A DNA stretch of 64,000 bases. Origin: Candidatus Magasanikiibacteriota bacterium (lineage in GTDB: Bacteria > Patescibacteriota > Patescibacteriia > Magasanikbacterales > UBA922). The position numbers were made by a program, and so were the translations under genes. Shown here one piece after another: positions 51,313 to 60,790 of the stretch; positions within the stretch are counted from its first letter, which is position 1; every line of letters starts with the position of its first letter. A model generated the notes under the pieces. That model saw nothing but the letters and a program-made list of their open reading frames with translations. It was not told the DNA's origin and did not search any database. The DNA is taken from assembly GCA_021648085.1 (NCBI GenBank), contig JAKITS010000001.1, forward strand, positions 324,948 through 388,947, written 5' to 3'.

Positions 51313-51594
51313 ATGGAAGCTGTAAGTATTAGTTCTGCAATTAATTCAATCTTAATAATCATTGGAATTCTGTATTTTACAGGAATTGCTCTTTACACAT
51401 TTACAATATTAGTAGATAAATCAAAAAAGTTTACGCAAAGAAAAATATTAAAAGTAATGATTCTTTTTTCTATACCTTTATTTGTCATAACTTTTTCAAG
51501 TATCTCAATGTCAAGCTCTGGTGCAAGTATTTTTATATACTGTTCACTTTTTATCTTATCAATCTTTTTTGTAATAACTTGGCACAAAACATAG
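51313..51594 (+). CDS. Cassette ORF 1, 3-TM protein (93 aa)
   Basis: SD AAGGAGG; shares VITFS and SIxIYxSL with ORF 2. Confidence 0.75.
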   Translation: MEAVSISSAINSILIIIGILYFTGIALYTFTILVDKSKKFTQRKILKVMILFSIPLFVITFSSISMSSSGASIFIYCSLFILSIFFVITWHKT

Positions 51595-51696
51595 TAACAA
51601 AAAAGCACCTAAACTGGGTGCTTTTAATTTACAAAAATATAAAAAAATGGTAGTATGAAGTAGGTCTTATTTTTTTACACCCAAAAGGAGGTACAA

Positions 51697-52020
51697 ATGT
51701 CTGAATTTCTAAATTCAATTGTAAATATTAATACCTACTCACTATTGCACTTTTTAGTTATAATTACTTTTATATTTATTATGATTTCAATAATTTGTCA
51801 GGTTTTTTTGAAAAAATATTATTATATACTTGTTATTTCAGTTTGTTCTACACTCTTGTTTTCTGTGATTACTTTTTCCACAGGACTTTATTATATGATA
51901 TTCGACTTATCTTCAGAACTTAGTATTATGATATATGTAAGTTTAGTGCTTATTTTTATAAATATGATCATAAATGCTTTAAATATGAACTGGGTGTTAG
52001 ATAAATATAAAAAGGTATAG
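51697..52020 (+). CDS. Cassette ORF 2, 3-TM protein (107 aa)
   Basis: SD AAGGAGGT; hydrophobic. Confidence 0.78.
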   Translation: MSEFLNSIVNINTYSLLHFLVIITFIFIMISIICQVFLKKYYYILVISVCSTLLFSVITFSTGLYYMIFDLSSELSIMIYVSLVLIFINMIINALNMNWVLDKYKKV

Positions 52021-52122
52021 AAACAGTAAAGCACCTAAATTAGGTGCTTTTTTAATTGACAAAATATCTAAAAAATGATAATGTAGTGTTTGAAAATAAA
52101 CCAAAAAAATAGAGGAATACGC

Positions 52123-52446
52123 GTGAATTATCTAGAAATTCTAAAAACACTTATAATGTTTAGTTTATTTTCAATAGCACTGCACATTATATTTTATATG
52201 TTTTTTGCAGGAAATCCCTATTCAACATTTGGTAAATCTAACGCAACTTTGGAAAAAACATCCACATCTAGCACTTTGACAATCACAGGACTTACAAGTT
52301 TAGCCTGGATTTATCTAGCTTTTGTAGAAAAAATAGAGATGAGTACAAAAATTACAGCAATTTGCTTTATTATAATCTGTATTTTTTTTGGAATTTTAAT
52401 ATCCCAATCTAAAACATTTAAAAGTGATAATCCACGAAGCACCTAA
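52123..52446 (+). CDS. Cassette ORF 3, 3-TM protein (107 aa, GTG start)
   Basis: GAGGA before GTG at 52123; the stop codon lies inside the next repeat hairpin. Confidence 0.72.
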   Translation: MNYLEILKTLIMFSLFSIALHIIFYMFFAGNPYSTFGKSNATLEKTSTSSTLTITGLTSLAWIYLAFVEKIEMSTKITAICFIIICIFFGILISQSKTFKSDNPRST

Positions 52447-52523
52447 TTTAGGTGCTTTTTTAATTGACAGCTTTGATAAAAAAATATTATGCTAAATAGA
52501 GTTCTTTAACAAAGGAGTTCCCA

Positions 52524-52820
52524 ATGAATGAGTTCATTTACAGATCGCTTTTTGTTGTTGCAGATTTTGCTTGCTTATTTACAATTGTTTTATTACTTCC
52601 ATATTATGTTTATCCAAGAATAAAACTCAAACTTATTCCACGAGCTAAAAATTTAAAAGCATTATCTTTTTCTTCTTTTACAACAGCATTTCTATATTTT
52701 ATATGTTTTCTAGAAAATTATACTTGGTATTTTCTACTTACTTCTATAATATTTATAGTCTCATCTATGTTTTTTATGGGGCAACTAATAGAATATAAAC
52801 GCAAAACAACGGGTAAATAA
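52524..52820 (+). CDS. Cassette ORF 4, 3-TM protein (98 aa)
   Basis: boxA-like GTTCTTTAACA (52501), SD AAGGAG; the stop sits in the loop of terminator aaaacaacgggt/acccgttgtttt. Confidence 0.78.
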   Translation: MNEFIYRSLFVVADFACLFTIVLLLPYYVYPRIKLKLIPRAKNLKALSFSSFTTAFLYFICFLENYTWYFLLTSIIFIVSSMFFMGQLIEYKRKTTGK

Positions 52821-52848
52821 CCCGTTGTTTTTTTAAATTATTTATGTT

Positions 52849-53919
52849 TTATCTTCCAAACAGCTCATCTATAATACTAATTATATCTTTTTCTTTAGCG
52901 ATTGGAAGTAAACTATTCAATCTCTCCCCCATTTCTTTCATTTTATTTTTATTTTGAAGTAAGTCTTTTATTACTTTTGCCAATTCTACTCCACTTATTA
53001 AATTATTATTAAAACTAAGTAAAGCACCGCTAGACGATAAAAATTTTACATTATCCTCTTGATGACCCTCGTTTGGAATTATAATTACTGCCTTTTTTAA
53101 TGCTGCAACCTCAGTTAAAGTTCCAAAACCTCCACGCGCTACCACCAATTCAGAAATAGCATAAGCGTCTTTCATTTCTTCTGTAAAAAAATCAAATTGA
53201 AAATAATTTTCAAACTCTTTAAATTTTTCATTATCCTCACTTTTATTTTTTCCAGTCAAATGAATTATCTGGCATATTCCTTTTAAGTGTGGCAAAGACT
53301 CTATTACAAGCCTGTTTATTTTTAAAGATCCGGTTCCACCTCCCATTACAAAAACAACTGGCAAGTCTGATTTTAATCCAAAACCTTGAAAAACTTTTTC
53401 TTTATTACCAATTAAAATTTCTTCTCGAACAGGGTTTCCAAGCCACTCAACTTTTTTTGCAGAAAAATTTACAACTCCCTCCTCCAAAGCTGTGGTTATT
53501 TTTATTGCAAAAAATGACATTATTTTATTGGAAAGCCCAACTTTTACATCTTGCTGATGAATCCAAGTTGGAACTCCCATAATCCACGCTATGAAATGCA
53601 CTGGAACAGAAACAAATCCGCCCGCAGAAATACACAAGTCTGGTTTTTCTTTCCACAAAATTTTGAATGACTGCAAAAAACCAAAACAAATTTTAAATAA
53701 ATCTGTAAAATTCCAAAAAGACAGATAACGGCGAAATTTTCCAGAAGAAATAGCAAGAAATGGTATGTTATATTTTTTAACCAACTCTTTTTCTGGTCCA
53801 GTCTTTGTGCCAACCCAAACAAATTCTATTTTCTTATCTTTTTTTTCTAACACTTCTTTTATTGCAAGCAGTGGTGTTACTGGACCAAGTGTCCCGCCAC
53901 CAGAAAAAATTATTTTCAT
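52849..53919 (-). CDS. murG: MurG glycosyltransferase
   Basis: SGGGTLGP, GGFVSVP, GNPVR, MGGGTGS, HQEDN. Confidence 0.93.
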   Translation of the reverse strand: MKIIFSGGGTLGPVTPLLAIKEVLEKKDKKIEFVWVGTKTGPEKELVKKYNIPFLAISSGKFRRYLSFWNFTDLFKICFGFLQSFKILWKEKPDLCISAGGFVSVPVHFIAWIMGVPTWIHQQDVKVGLSNKIMSFFAIKITTALEEGVVNFSAKKVEWLGNPVREEILIGNKEKVFQGFGLKSDLPVVFVMGGGTGSLKINRLVIESLPHLKGICQIIHLTGKNKSEDNEKFKEFENYFQFDFFTEEMKDAYAISELVVARGGFGTLTEVAALKKAVIIIPNEGHQEDNVKFLSSSGALLSFNNNLISGVELAKVIKDLLQNKNKMKEMGERLNSLLPIAKEKDIISIIDELFGR

Positions 53920-55031
53920 AAACGATATTTAATTCTATTTTTTGATATATTTATAAGTATTCCAACCGAAGCCATAGAAATCATTAGTGCTGTCCCTCCA
54001 TGGCTTACAAATGGAAGTGGCACACCAGTAAGTGGTACTAAACCAACCATTGCACCAATATTAAAAAAAGATTGGACTATAAACCATATCATTATTCCAA
54101 ATACAAGAAATTTTGCAAAATCGTCGTGAGACTGTTTTGCAAGTTTTACCATACGAAAGCTTATTGCTACAAGTAAAATTATAAAAGCGACAACAATAAC
54201 AAAGCCTAGTTCTTCTGCCATAATAGCAAAAATACTATCTGCGTGGACTTCTGGTAAATATTGAAATTTTTGCCTTGAGTGTCCAAGTCCAAAACCAAAC
54301 CAACCTCCAGAACCTATTGCCAAAAAAGCCTGATTTATATGATAGCCTATTCCTTGCGGATCTAACTCTGGATGCATAAAAGTCATAAGTCTTTCTGCTC
54401 TGTGTGGCACGAGAGCTATCATAAGAATAAATGCACCAACCCCAGCAGACAAAAGTACTCCTAAATGGGAATATTTTGCACCAGCCAAAAATAGCATACC
54501 AAAAATTACTGCAAAAAGTATACTAGCTGTTCCAATATCTGGCTGAAATACAATAAGTCCGATTGGTAAAATACCTAAAAATAGAGCTGTCAAAAACCCT
54601 GTTTTAAATTTTTCTATAGAACTACCCAAATCAGCCAGATAACTTGCAAAGAAGATGATAGTCCCTAATTTTACAATTTCTGCAGGCTGAAAAGAAAAAG
54701 ATCCGAACACAATCCAACTTTGTGCAGTAGTTCCAAAACTAGATCCCATTCCAGGAATTAAAACTAATATCACCAAAACCAAAGAGACAAAATAAATAAA
54801 CAAAGACATCTTTTTCAAAAAAGTATATGGTATTTTACTCAACAAAATAAAAAGGAATAATCCAGGTAAAAAACCATACAAAATTTGTCTTTTTAGAAAA
54901 AAATAACCATCTCCAAACCTCTCAAACCCAACAACAGAACTTGCAGAAGCTAGCAAAATTAATCCAAAAAAAATAAGAACCCCAAAATATGACAAAAGAA
55001 GATAGTCTACTTTAGATTTATCTATTGCCAT
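53916..55031 (-). CDS. ftsW: SEDS protein FtsW
   Basis: FQPAEIVK, QPDIGT, QKFQYLPEVHADSIF, GVPLPFVSHGG; coupled to murG. Confidence 0.93.
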   Translation of the reverse strand: MAIDKSKVDYLLLSYFGVLIFFGLILLASASSVVGFERFGDGYFFLKRQILYGFLPGLFLFILLSKIPYTFLKKMSLFIYFVSLVLVILVLIPGMGSSFGTTAQSWIVFGSFSFQPAEIVKLGTIIFFASYLADLGSSIEKFKTGFLTALFLGILPIGLIVFQPDIGTASILFAVIFGMLFLAGAKYSHLGVLLSAGVGAFILMIALVPHRAERLMTFMHPELDPQGIGYHINQAFLAIGSGGWFGFGLGHSRQKFQYLPEVHADSIFAIMAEELGFVIVVAFIILLVAISFRMVKLAKQSHDDFAKFLVFGIMIWFIVQSFFNIGAMVGLVPLTGVPLPFVSHGGTALMISMASVGILINISKNRIKYRL

Positions 55032-55034
55032 AAG

Positions 55035-55397
55035 CTAAAGATTCAAAAAAACTATCAATAATGTCGCCACTAGTAAAAAAACTTGGCAAATAAGATTTAC
55101 AGCATTCAATATGTACGCTATAAATTTATCTTTATGAAACAAAACCCAACCTAAAATAAAATTTATAATTAGGATAAAAATTCCTGTAATTGGTAAATAT
55201 AAAATATTCCACCACTCTCCTATTAAGTCTACACCAAATAATATGTTATAATGCAAAAAAATAGGATCTTGCTGTGGACCGAGAACATACAAAAGCCAAA
55301 ACCACATAAATATGTTTACTAGCAACGACAAAATAACCATTGATAATATAGCTGGTTGTTTTATATAAAGTTTTAATGGGTAAGTTGTTCTAGCCAT
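55035..55397 (-). CDS. Conserved-looking 3-TM protein (DUF1648-like)
   Basis: LHYN..FGVD..G motif; starts the ftsW-murG unit. Confidence 0.7.
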   Translation of the reverse strand: MARTTYPLKLYIKQPAILSMVILSLLVNIFMWFWLLYVLGPQQDPIFLHYNILFGVDLIGEWWNILYLPITGIFILIINFILGWVLFHKDKFIAYILNAVNLICQVFLLVATLLIVFLNL

Positions 55398-55437
55398 ACA
55401 ACTATTATATTTTATTAATAGGTTAAAGTAAAGAATT

Positions 55438-55905
55438 ATGTATATAACTATAATCTCTGTTGGAAAACTAAAAGAAGAATATTGGAAAATTCTTTATGAA
55501 GAATATTTAAAAAGAATAAATCCTTATGCTAAAATAACTGTTAAAGAAGTTATTGGCGTTCCATTTCGCAATGGAGATAATTTAGAAAAAATAAAAGAAA
55601 TAGAACTGACTGCAATAGAAAAACAAATAGAAAAAGATAGTTTTGTTATTTTTCTGAAAGAAAATGGAAAAGAATATTCTTCTGTTGAGTTTTCCAAATT
55701 TTTAGAAAAAAAAACTAGTACAGGACAACACATAACTTTTGTAATTGCTGGTGCACTCGGTTTTGCAGAAAAACACATAGATTTAGAAAACTCATCGCTT
55801 TCTTTATCTAAAATGACTTTTCCACACAAAATGGCTAGAATTGTACTTTTAGAGCAAATTTACAGAGCTATTACAATTAAAACTGGAAAAAAATATCATT
55901 ATTAA
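55438..55905 (+). CDS. rlmH: 23S rRNA m3-psi1915 methyltransferase RlmH
   Basis: VGKLKE, EYLKR, LSLSKMTFPH, LLEQIYRA, YHY. Confidence 0.93.
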   Translation: MYITIISVGKLKEEYWKILYEEYLKRINPYAKITVKEVIGVPFRNGDNLEKIKEIELTAIEKQIEKDSFVIFLKENGKEYSSVEFSKFLEKKTSTGQHITFVIAGALGFAEKHIDLENSSLSLSKMTFPHKMARIVLLEQIYRAITIKTGKKYHY

Positions 55906-55952
55906 TATAATAACTTCGGACTTCGGTTAATTAAAAAAGATGGTCTAATTTT

Positions 55953-56103
55953 TCTGTCATCATAAGTTTGACTGCGGATCCAGAGTTTATGTCACTATTC
56001 TTTGGATTATTATATAAGTTTATATTTGTATTCTACATATTGCTATATAAAACAGTTTTTACTAGTATTCCCTGGATTCGAGATCTGAATCTGGAATGAC
56101 AGA
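55953..56103. repeat. REP-like palindrome family A, copy 3
   Basis: TCTGTCAT...GGATCCAG ... CTGGATTC...GGAATGACAGA. Confidence 0.65.
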
Positions 56104-56230
56104 CTTGTTTTTTATTAACTTCTAAATACTAATTATTAATTTAGCACCTTAAACCTTGACAAAAATGCTTATATATCCTATAATATGAGCACTTTAATAA
56201 ACAACCGAAATAGATTTAATCTAATTTTAT

Positions 56231-56524
56231 ATGGCACATAAAAAGGCGGGTGGTTCCACCAGGCTGGGCCGTGATTCCAAAGCACAATACCTAGGGGTAA
56301 AAGTTGGCGACGGACAAACAGTCACAGCTGGAAGCGTATTGATACGCCAAAGAGGAACAAAATGGCACCCAGGTACAAATGTACGCAAAGGAAAAGATGA
56401 CACACTTTTTGCAACTATTGCTGGAATTGTAAAATTTCAAAAGAAGAATAGAAGAAAGTTTGACGGATCACTGAAATTTACAACCTTTGTAAATATTTTA
56501 GAAACAAACAAAGAAGAAAAATAA
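56231..56524 (+). CDS. rpmA: 50S ribosomal protein L27
   Basis: [20 protein letters not shown]; own TTGACA-17-TATAAT promoter (56156-56184). Confidence 0.97.
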   Translation: MAHKKAGGSTRLGRDSKAQYLGVKVGDGQTVTAGSVLIRQRGTKWHPGTNVRKGKDDTLFATIAGIVKFQKKNRRKFDGSLKFTTFVNILETNKEEK

Positions 56525-56580
56525 ACTTCGCTCCACGAAGTATTATTAAAAAACTACGGCTTATTTGCCGTAGTTTTATT

Positions 56581-57114
56581 TTAGTTTCTGTGCTTTTCAT
56601 CAGCAATTTTTAAGTTTTCTCCAAAACCCAGAAACTCGTAAAGATTAGTTTCCATATCATTTCCTTCCAATTCTAATGCCCAAGTCTTTGACCAAAATCT
56701 ATCACCATCCTCATCCACTTTTATGACAAGCTGATCTTTTGGTGGTTTTAAAAATTGTGGTTTATTTTCTAAAACCTCCTTTCTATCATATGGATATACC
56801 AATTGTCTATTATACCAAAATAAAAAATGATGGGCTTCGGTTGCTCTGTAAACTGTCGTTAGAGATCTTTTAAAAAATTTTGCAGAACCTTTTGTTGAAT
56901 TTGGAACTTCTGGCTCTCCAAAAAACATTATTAAACCCGGTTCTTTTTTTAATAAACTTTCAGATTTACCATTCCAAACCTCTATTTTTACAGCGTTATC
57001 ATCTCCAGTTATTTCTATAAACTCCGCCAATATATCAAATATTCTAGGACAAGTTTCCAAAAAATAGTCTGTAGAATAAAACCACGGCACATAAAGAGTT
57101 ACGCTTTTTTTCAT
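56581..57114 (-). CDS. Orphan hypothetical protein (~177 aa)
   Basis: GGGGG SD-like run before ATG at 57114 (alternative start 57126); boxA-like GCTCTTTTAAAA (57146-57135); shares a terminator with rpmA. Confidence 0.75.
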   Translation of the reverse strand: MKKSVTLYVPWFYSTDYFLETCPRIFDILAEFIEITGDDNAVKIEVWNGKSESLLKKEPGLIMFFGEPEVPNSTKGSAKFFKRSLTTVYRATEAHHFLFWYNRQLVYPYDRKEVLENKPQFLKPPKDQLVIKVDEDGDRFWSKTWALELEGNDMETNLYEFLGFGENLKIADEKHRN

Positions 57115-57220
57115 TATATCCCCCATTTTTTTATTTTTAAAAGAGCTTCACTATATTTAGCTTAGCAGACAAAACATAAAAACACCAAATTTGGTGTTTT
57201 TATGTTTTTATCATTAAGTT

Positions 57221-57955
57221 TTAGAGACTAGATTCTATTGCAGATGTAAACAACTCAACATTTAATGTATTAGGCTCAAACCTTTCTCCATTTAAAAAGA
57301 AAGTTGGCGTTCCTTGGACATTCATTGCATTTCCGGAAGCAATATCTGTTTTAATTTTATTTTCTACCTCATCACTGGAAAAATCTTGCAAAAACTTATC
57401 TCTGTCTAAACCCAATTCTTCCGCATATTCTACAAATTTTTCTTTTGCTTTACTACTACTTGCCCAGCTAGACTGTCGTGAATAAAGTAAGTCATGCATC
57501 TCCCAAAATTTATCCTGTTTTCTGGCCGCCTCTGATGCTCTAGATGCATCAAATGCATTTGGGTGAATAGATTCAAGTGGATAATGCCTATAAACCACTT
57601 GCAGACCCCCACTCATCTTTTCATAAGCTCCACTTACAACACTGCTATACTGCTTACATCCTCCACATTGAAAATCTGCATATTCCACTAAAACTGCAAC
57701 TGCTTCTGGATTTCCTTTTACCACATCATCTACTCTTATTTCTTGTGGATTTTCCACTTTTGGTGAAGTTTCTATATTATTTTTCAACCACCAAAATCCT
57801 ACCACAACCAAAACACCTACAACCCCCCAAATCACAATATTTTTTATCTTTTTACTTTTTTCTGCTTTTTCTTTATTTTCCTTATCCTCTTCTTTTCTTT
57901 TATCTCTCCTTTCTCTCTTTGTTAAATTATGTTCATTTTGTATTTCTTCTTCCAT
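57221..57955 (-). CDS. Membrane-anchored DsbA-family oxidoreductase
   Basis: EYADFQCGGC, YRHYPL..IH, KFWEMHDLL, GTPTFFLNG. Confidence 0.9.
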   Translation of the reverse strand: MEEEIQNEHNLTKRERRDKRKEEDKENKEKAEKSKKIKNIVIWGVVGVLVVVGFWWLKNNIETSPKVENPQEIRVDDVVKGNPEAVAVLVEYADFQCGGCKQYSSVVSGAYEKMSGGLQVVYRHYPLESIHPNAFDASRASEAARKQDKFWEMHDLLYSRQSSWASSSKAKEKFVEYAEELGLDRDKFLQDFSSDEVENKIKTDIASGNAMNVQGTPTFFLNGERFEPNTLNVELFTSAIESSL

Positions 57956-58048
57956 ATTTTATTATTATTTTAAGTTTTTAAATTATACTTTAAAGTTAAG
58001 TTTAGTGCAATAAAAAAAACTCAGATTTTATTCTGAGTTTTTTTATTT

Positions 58049-58255
58049 TTATTTTTTTAAAAACTTTTTAGATATAAATACCAAATATAAACCAGATAAT
58101 CCATACAAAATATACAAAAACCTAGTTAAATAAGAAAACTCTCCAAACAAATATGAAATCAAATTGAAATCAAAAAAACCAATCAATCCCCAATTTAGAG
58201 CGCCAATAATAACTAACCCAAAAACTAACTTATCCAAAAATTTAATCCTCCCCAT
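58049..58255 (-). CDS. DUF378-family membrane protein
   Basis: IIGALNWGLIG...FNL...Y.L.GLS. Confidence 0.85.
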   Translation of the reverse strand: MGRIKFLDKLVFGLVIIGALNWGLIGFFDFNLISYLFGEFSYLTRFLYILYGLSGLYLVFISKKFLKK

Positions 58256-58260
58256 ATTTT

Positions 58261-58689
58261 TTATTTATTATTACTTTTTAGTAGTTTCCAATACATATAA
58301 ATACTCTCTTCTTCTGCGTCTATCCTAAGAGTAAGCCCTTGCTTCATTGATTTAAAATCTTTCTTAAATCCACTAAAATCTCCTTTTATATCTTTTGAAG
58401 TTTCAAACTCTTGTAAAAAACTATAAACTGTTTTTTCAATATATTTTATTTTAGATATAAAATCTTTTGTTTTTTTAGAATCTACACCCACCTTATCCAT
58501 CTTCCTCAAAAGACGAGGATAAAAATACTCATTTTCAAGTTTTAAGTGTTTTTCTAATTTTTCTGTAAAAACTTCCAAAGATTTATGTATTTTCTGAATT
58601 TCTGTATCTTTTTTCTTAGAAATCTTCTTTAGCTCATCTCTAAGCTCGTCATGCTGAAATGTCAAAACCTTGACTATATCTTTCTTCAT
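58261..58689 (-). CDS. Hemerythrin HHE cation-binding domain protein
   Basis: Start at MKKDIV (58689); QH, HLKLEN..FYP, RIDAEE. Confidence 0.7.
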   Translation of the reverse strand: MKKDIVKVLTFQHDELRDELKKISKKKDTEIQKIHKSLEVFTEKLEKHLKLENEYFYPRLLRKMDKVGVDSKKTKDFISKIKYIEKTVYSFLQEFETSKDIKGDFSGFKKDFKSMKQGLTLRIDAEEESIYMYWKLLKSNNK

Positions 58690-58703
58690 AGAATATTTCT
58701 TTT

Positions 58704-59105
58704 TTAAAGTAAAAATGTTGCATAAGCTAAAATTGTAAAATTTATAGCTGACAAAACACACCAAGTGCAAAAAGCTTTCAAAACAAAACCTTGGACATAA
58801 AGAAAATATATAGAAAATAAAAATCCTATCGCAACCACAATTTGAATTGGCCAAAAAAGCATAGTGACGCTATATGCATACAAAATAGTGCAAATGAAAA
58901 TAAATGTGTACATTACAAAACCAGCATATGAATTTGGAATTCCAAAAGTTTTACTTTGTTTTGAGTGTTGAACCTTTTTACACCATTTTTTTGGAAAAAA
59001 CAAACAAAGGACATCTGTACCGCGAATTTTGTTGTAAATAAGATACAAAGTATCAAAAATACCGATAGCAGACACAATCAACAAAAGCTTTAGTTGCAAT
59101 GACAT
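58704..59105 (-). CDS. Vitamin K epoxide reductase (VKOR) family protein
   Basis: C...C..V..S, FGIPNS, FCTWC. Confidence 0.9.
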   Translation of the reverse strand: MSLQLKLLLIVSAIGIFDTLYLIYNKIRGTDVLCLFFPKKWCKKVQHSKQSKTFGIPNSYAGFVMYTFIFICTILYAYSVTMLFWPIQIVVAIGFLFSIYFLYVQGFVLKAFCTWCVLSAINFTILAYATFLL

Positions 59106-59168
59106 AATTATTTTTAAGAATTATATTTTTATTATACCATTTTTATATAACAAAATATAGTTTAATAA

Positions 59169-59951
59169 TTAATTTACTAACTCAGAAATCTTTAACTCTT
59201 TAGCATTTTTCTTTAAAAAATCAGTTGCAAAATTATCTGCATAATTTTCATATGAAGAATTTCTGTATGCAAGTTCTTGTGCATTTAAAAGATCTTGTAG
59301 TGTTTTTATATTGCTAGTCTTTACTATTCTATAAACATCCGGATTAGCTAATAAAAATTCTTCTAAATTAGTAAATTTAGCCATTTCTTCTCGCAAATCA
59401 ACCGGATCAAATCCTGGAACAGGTAATGTATATAAATTTGCATTATAGTGTGACGACCATTCTTCTGCAGCATCTGCACCTTCAAAATCTGGGTTGGTTT
59501 CATAATTTTTTATATAATCCGTAGCATGCCCCAACTCATGAGCAATAATAAATTGCCTAAGTAAGTTTGGCGTCATATTTTCAAAGCTAATTCCCAACAT
59601 ATCAGCAACTTCTTTGGCAGAAGATTCACGAACATCTTTTAATTTTTGCAAGTGTTCTTTATTTTCAGAAACAATAAATATTGTAGGAATAAACACATTT
59701 TCGCCAACCTGAACTCTATGAAAAAAACCGTCCGTATTTGGCTCGTCTTCTGGGGAAATAGTTACAACCTCAACATGAGATAAGAAATCATTTTGTTCTA
59801 ACATAAGCTTAAGCATTGCATCCATAGATTTATCTATTTCTATACCTTCTCTTGATATTAATTCATCCAACCGTACACCTTTATTTTTTCTCTCGTCTTC
59901 TTTCTCTAAGTTATTTTGATAAAAAGAAGTAGATTGTTCAGAGTTTTCCAT
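59169..59951 (-). CDS. Hypothetical HExxH metallopeptidase-like protein
   Basis: IIAHELGHA and downstream E..AD.FA. Confidence 0.6.
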   Translation of the reverse strand: MENSEQSTSFYQNNLEKEDERKNKGVRLDELISREGIEIDKSMDAMLKLMLEQNDFLSHVEVVTISPEDEPNTDGFFHRVQVGENVFIPTIFIVSENKEHLQKLKDVRESSAKEVADMLGISFENMTPNLLRQFIIAHELGHATDYIKNYETNPDFEGADAAEEWSSHYNANLYTLPVPGFDPVDLREEMAKFTNLEEFLLANPDVYRIVKTSNIKTLQDLLNAQELAYRNSSYENYADNFATDFLKKNAKELKISELVN

Positions 59952-59978
59952 TGGTTTTTAATATTTAATGATAAAAAT

Positions 59979-60491
59979 TTAATTATTTCTAAAAAAAGTT
60001 TGTTCAAAAAAAAATTTAACTTTTTCTTTTAATTCATCATCTGATATTTTTTTACTTTCATTCTTCATTGCAACAATAATTGCAAGATTATAAAGCCCAA
60101 AATCTTTTGGTTCAAACCCTTTCCAGTTATAAAAACTACAATCACCAAATAACGATTTTAAAATACTTTTATAGTTTTCTTTTGATAAAACAGAAGGTAA
60201 ATAATTATTTTTTTCTAAAAAATAAACAGTACTAACAACAGAAAGTCTTTTATTTCCATTAGAGAAATAGTGAGTATTTATATTTATAAACAAAAATGAA
60301 GCTTTATCCGTTATGTTTGGATAATAAATAGTTTTAGACCTATCAATTAAAGCAAAATATTCGTCAATTGAATCTCTTTGACTATCATAATCTGGCACCT
60401 CTTCTTTATGTTCATATTCAAAACCTCTAATAATATTAATGATATTGATTAAATCTTCCGGTAAAATATATTCAATATTATTTTGTATCAT
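59979..60491 (-). CDS. Doc/Fic-family toxin
   Basis: YYP...KA, HYFSNGNKR (Doc-type HxFxDGNKR variant). Confidence 0.82.
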   Translation of the reverse strand: MIQNNIEYILPEDLINIINIIRGFEYEHKEEVPDYDSQRDSIDEYFALIDRSKTIYYPNITDKASFLFININTHYFSNGNKRLSVVSTVYFLEKNNYLPSVLSKENYKSILKSLFGDCSFYNWKGFEPKDFGLYNLAIIVAMKNESKKISDDELKEKVKFFFEQTFFRNN

Positions 60492-60499
60492 AAATAAAT

Positions 60500-60673
60500 T
60501 TATGTATTTCCAAGCCTTTTAACAACAATGCTATAATTTCTTTTTACAGATTTTGCTGTAGTTTTGCTTTTGTAAGAACCGATAATTTGCCCCTTCTTTC
60601 CAGAAGAAGTGGTTCTTTGTCTAATTGCATAATATTTTTTTGTAGAGGTATTATGAATTCTTTTTGTAGCCAT
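60500..60673 (-). CDS. Small basic protein upstream of Doc, putative antitoxin (57 aa), absent from the ORF track
   Basis: MATKRIHNTSTKKYYAIRQRTTSSGKKGQIIGSYKSKTTAKSVKRNYSIVVKRLGNT*; ends 8 nt before the Doc start. Confidence 0.65.
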   Translation of the reverse strand: MATKRIHNTSTKKYYAIRQRTTSSGKKGQIIGSYKSKTTAKSVKRNYSIVVKRLGNT

Positions 60674-60790
60674 ACTATTTTATTTATATTTATTTTATCA
60701 TTTTTATTTTTAAAAAACAAGCTTTATTTTTAAATCAAAATCAAAAAAGTTTTTTGATTTTAAACTATTCTAAAAAAGTGGCAGGACTTT

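Larger units (their letters stand above)
51601..52469 (+). repeat. Three spaced palindromic repeats AAGCACCTAA-n-TTAGGTGCTTTT(TT)AATT(G/T)ACA (about 51601, 52028, 52437)
   Basis: Each hairpin plus T tract runs directly into a -35 box. A degenerate fourth copy follows tRNA-Lys (51241-51268). Confidence 0.85.

Noticed and set aside
51601-52460. CRISPR array or integron attC sites
   Set aside because: Spacers are ~400 bp and hold whole genes; no cas or intI gene; no GTTRRRY/RYYYAAC attC ends. Kept as a cassette array instead.
58690-58854. Cys-rich N-terminal extension of the 197-aa ORF
   Set aside because: Overlaps VKOR in another frame; the likely start is ATG 58689.
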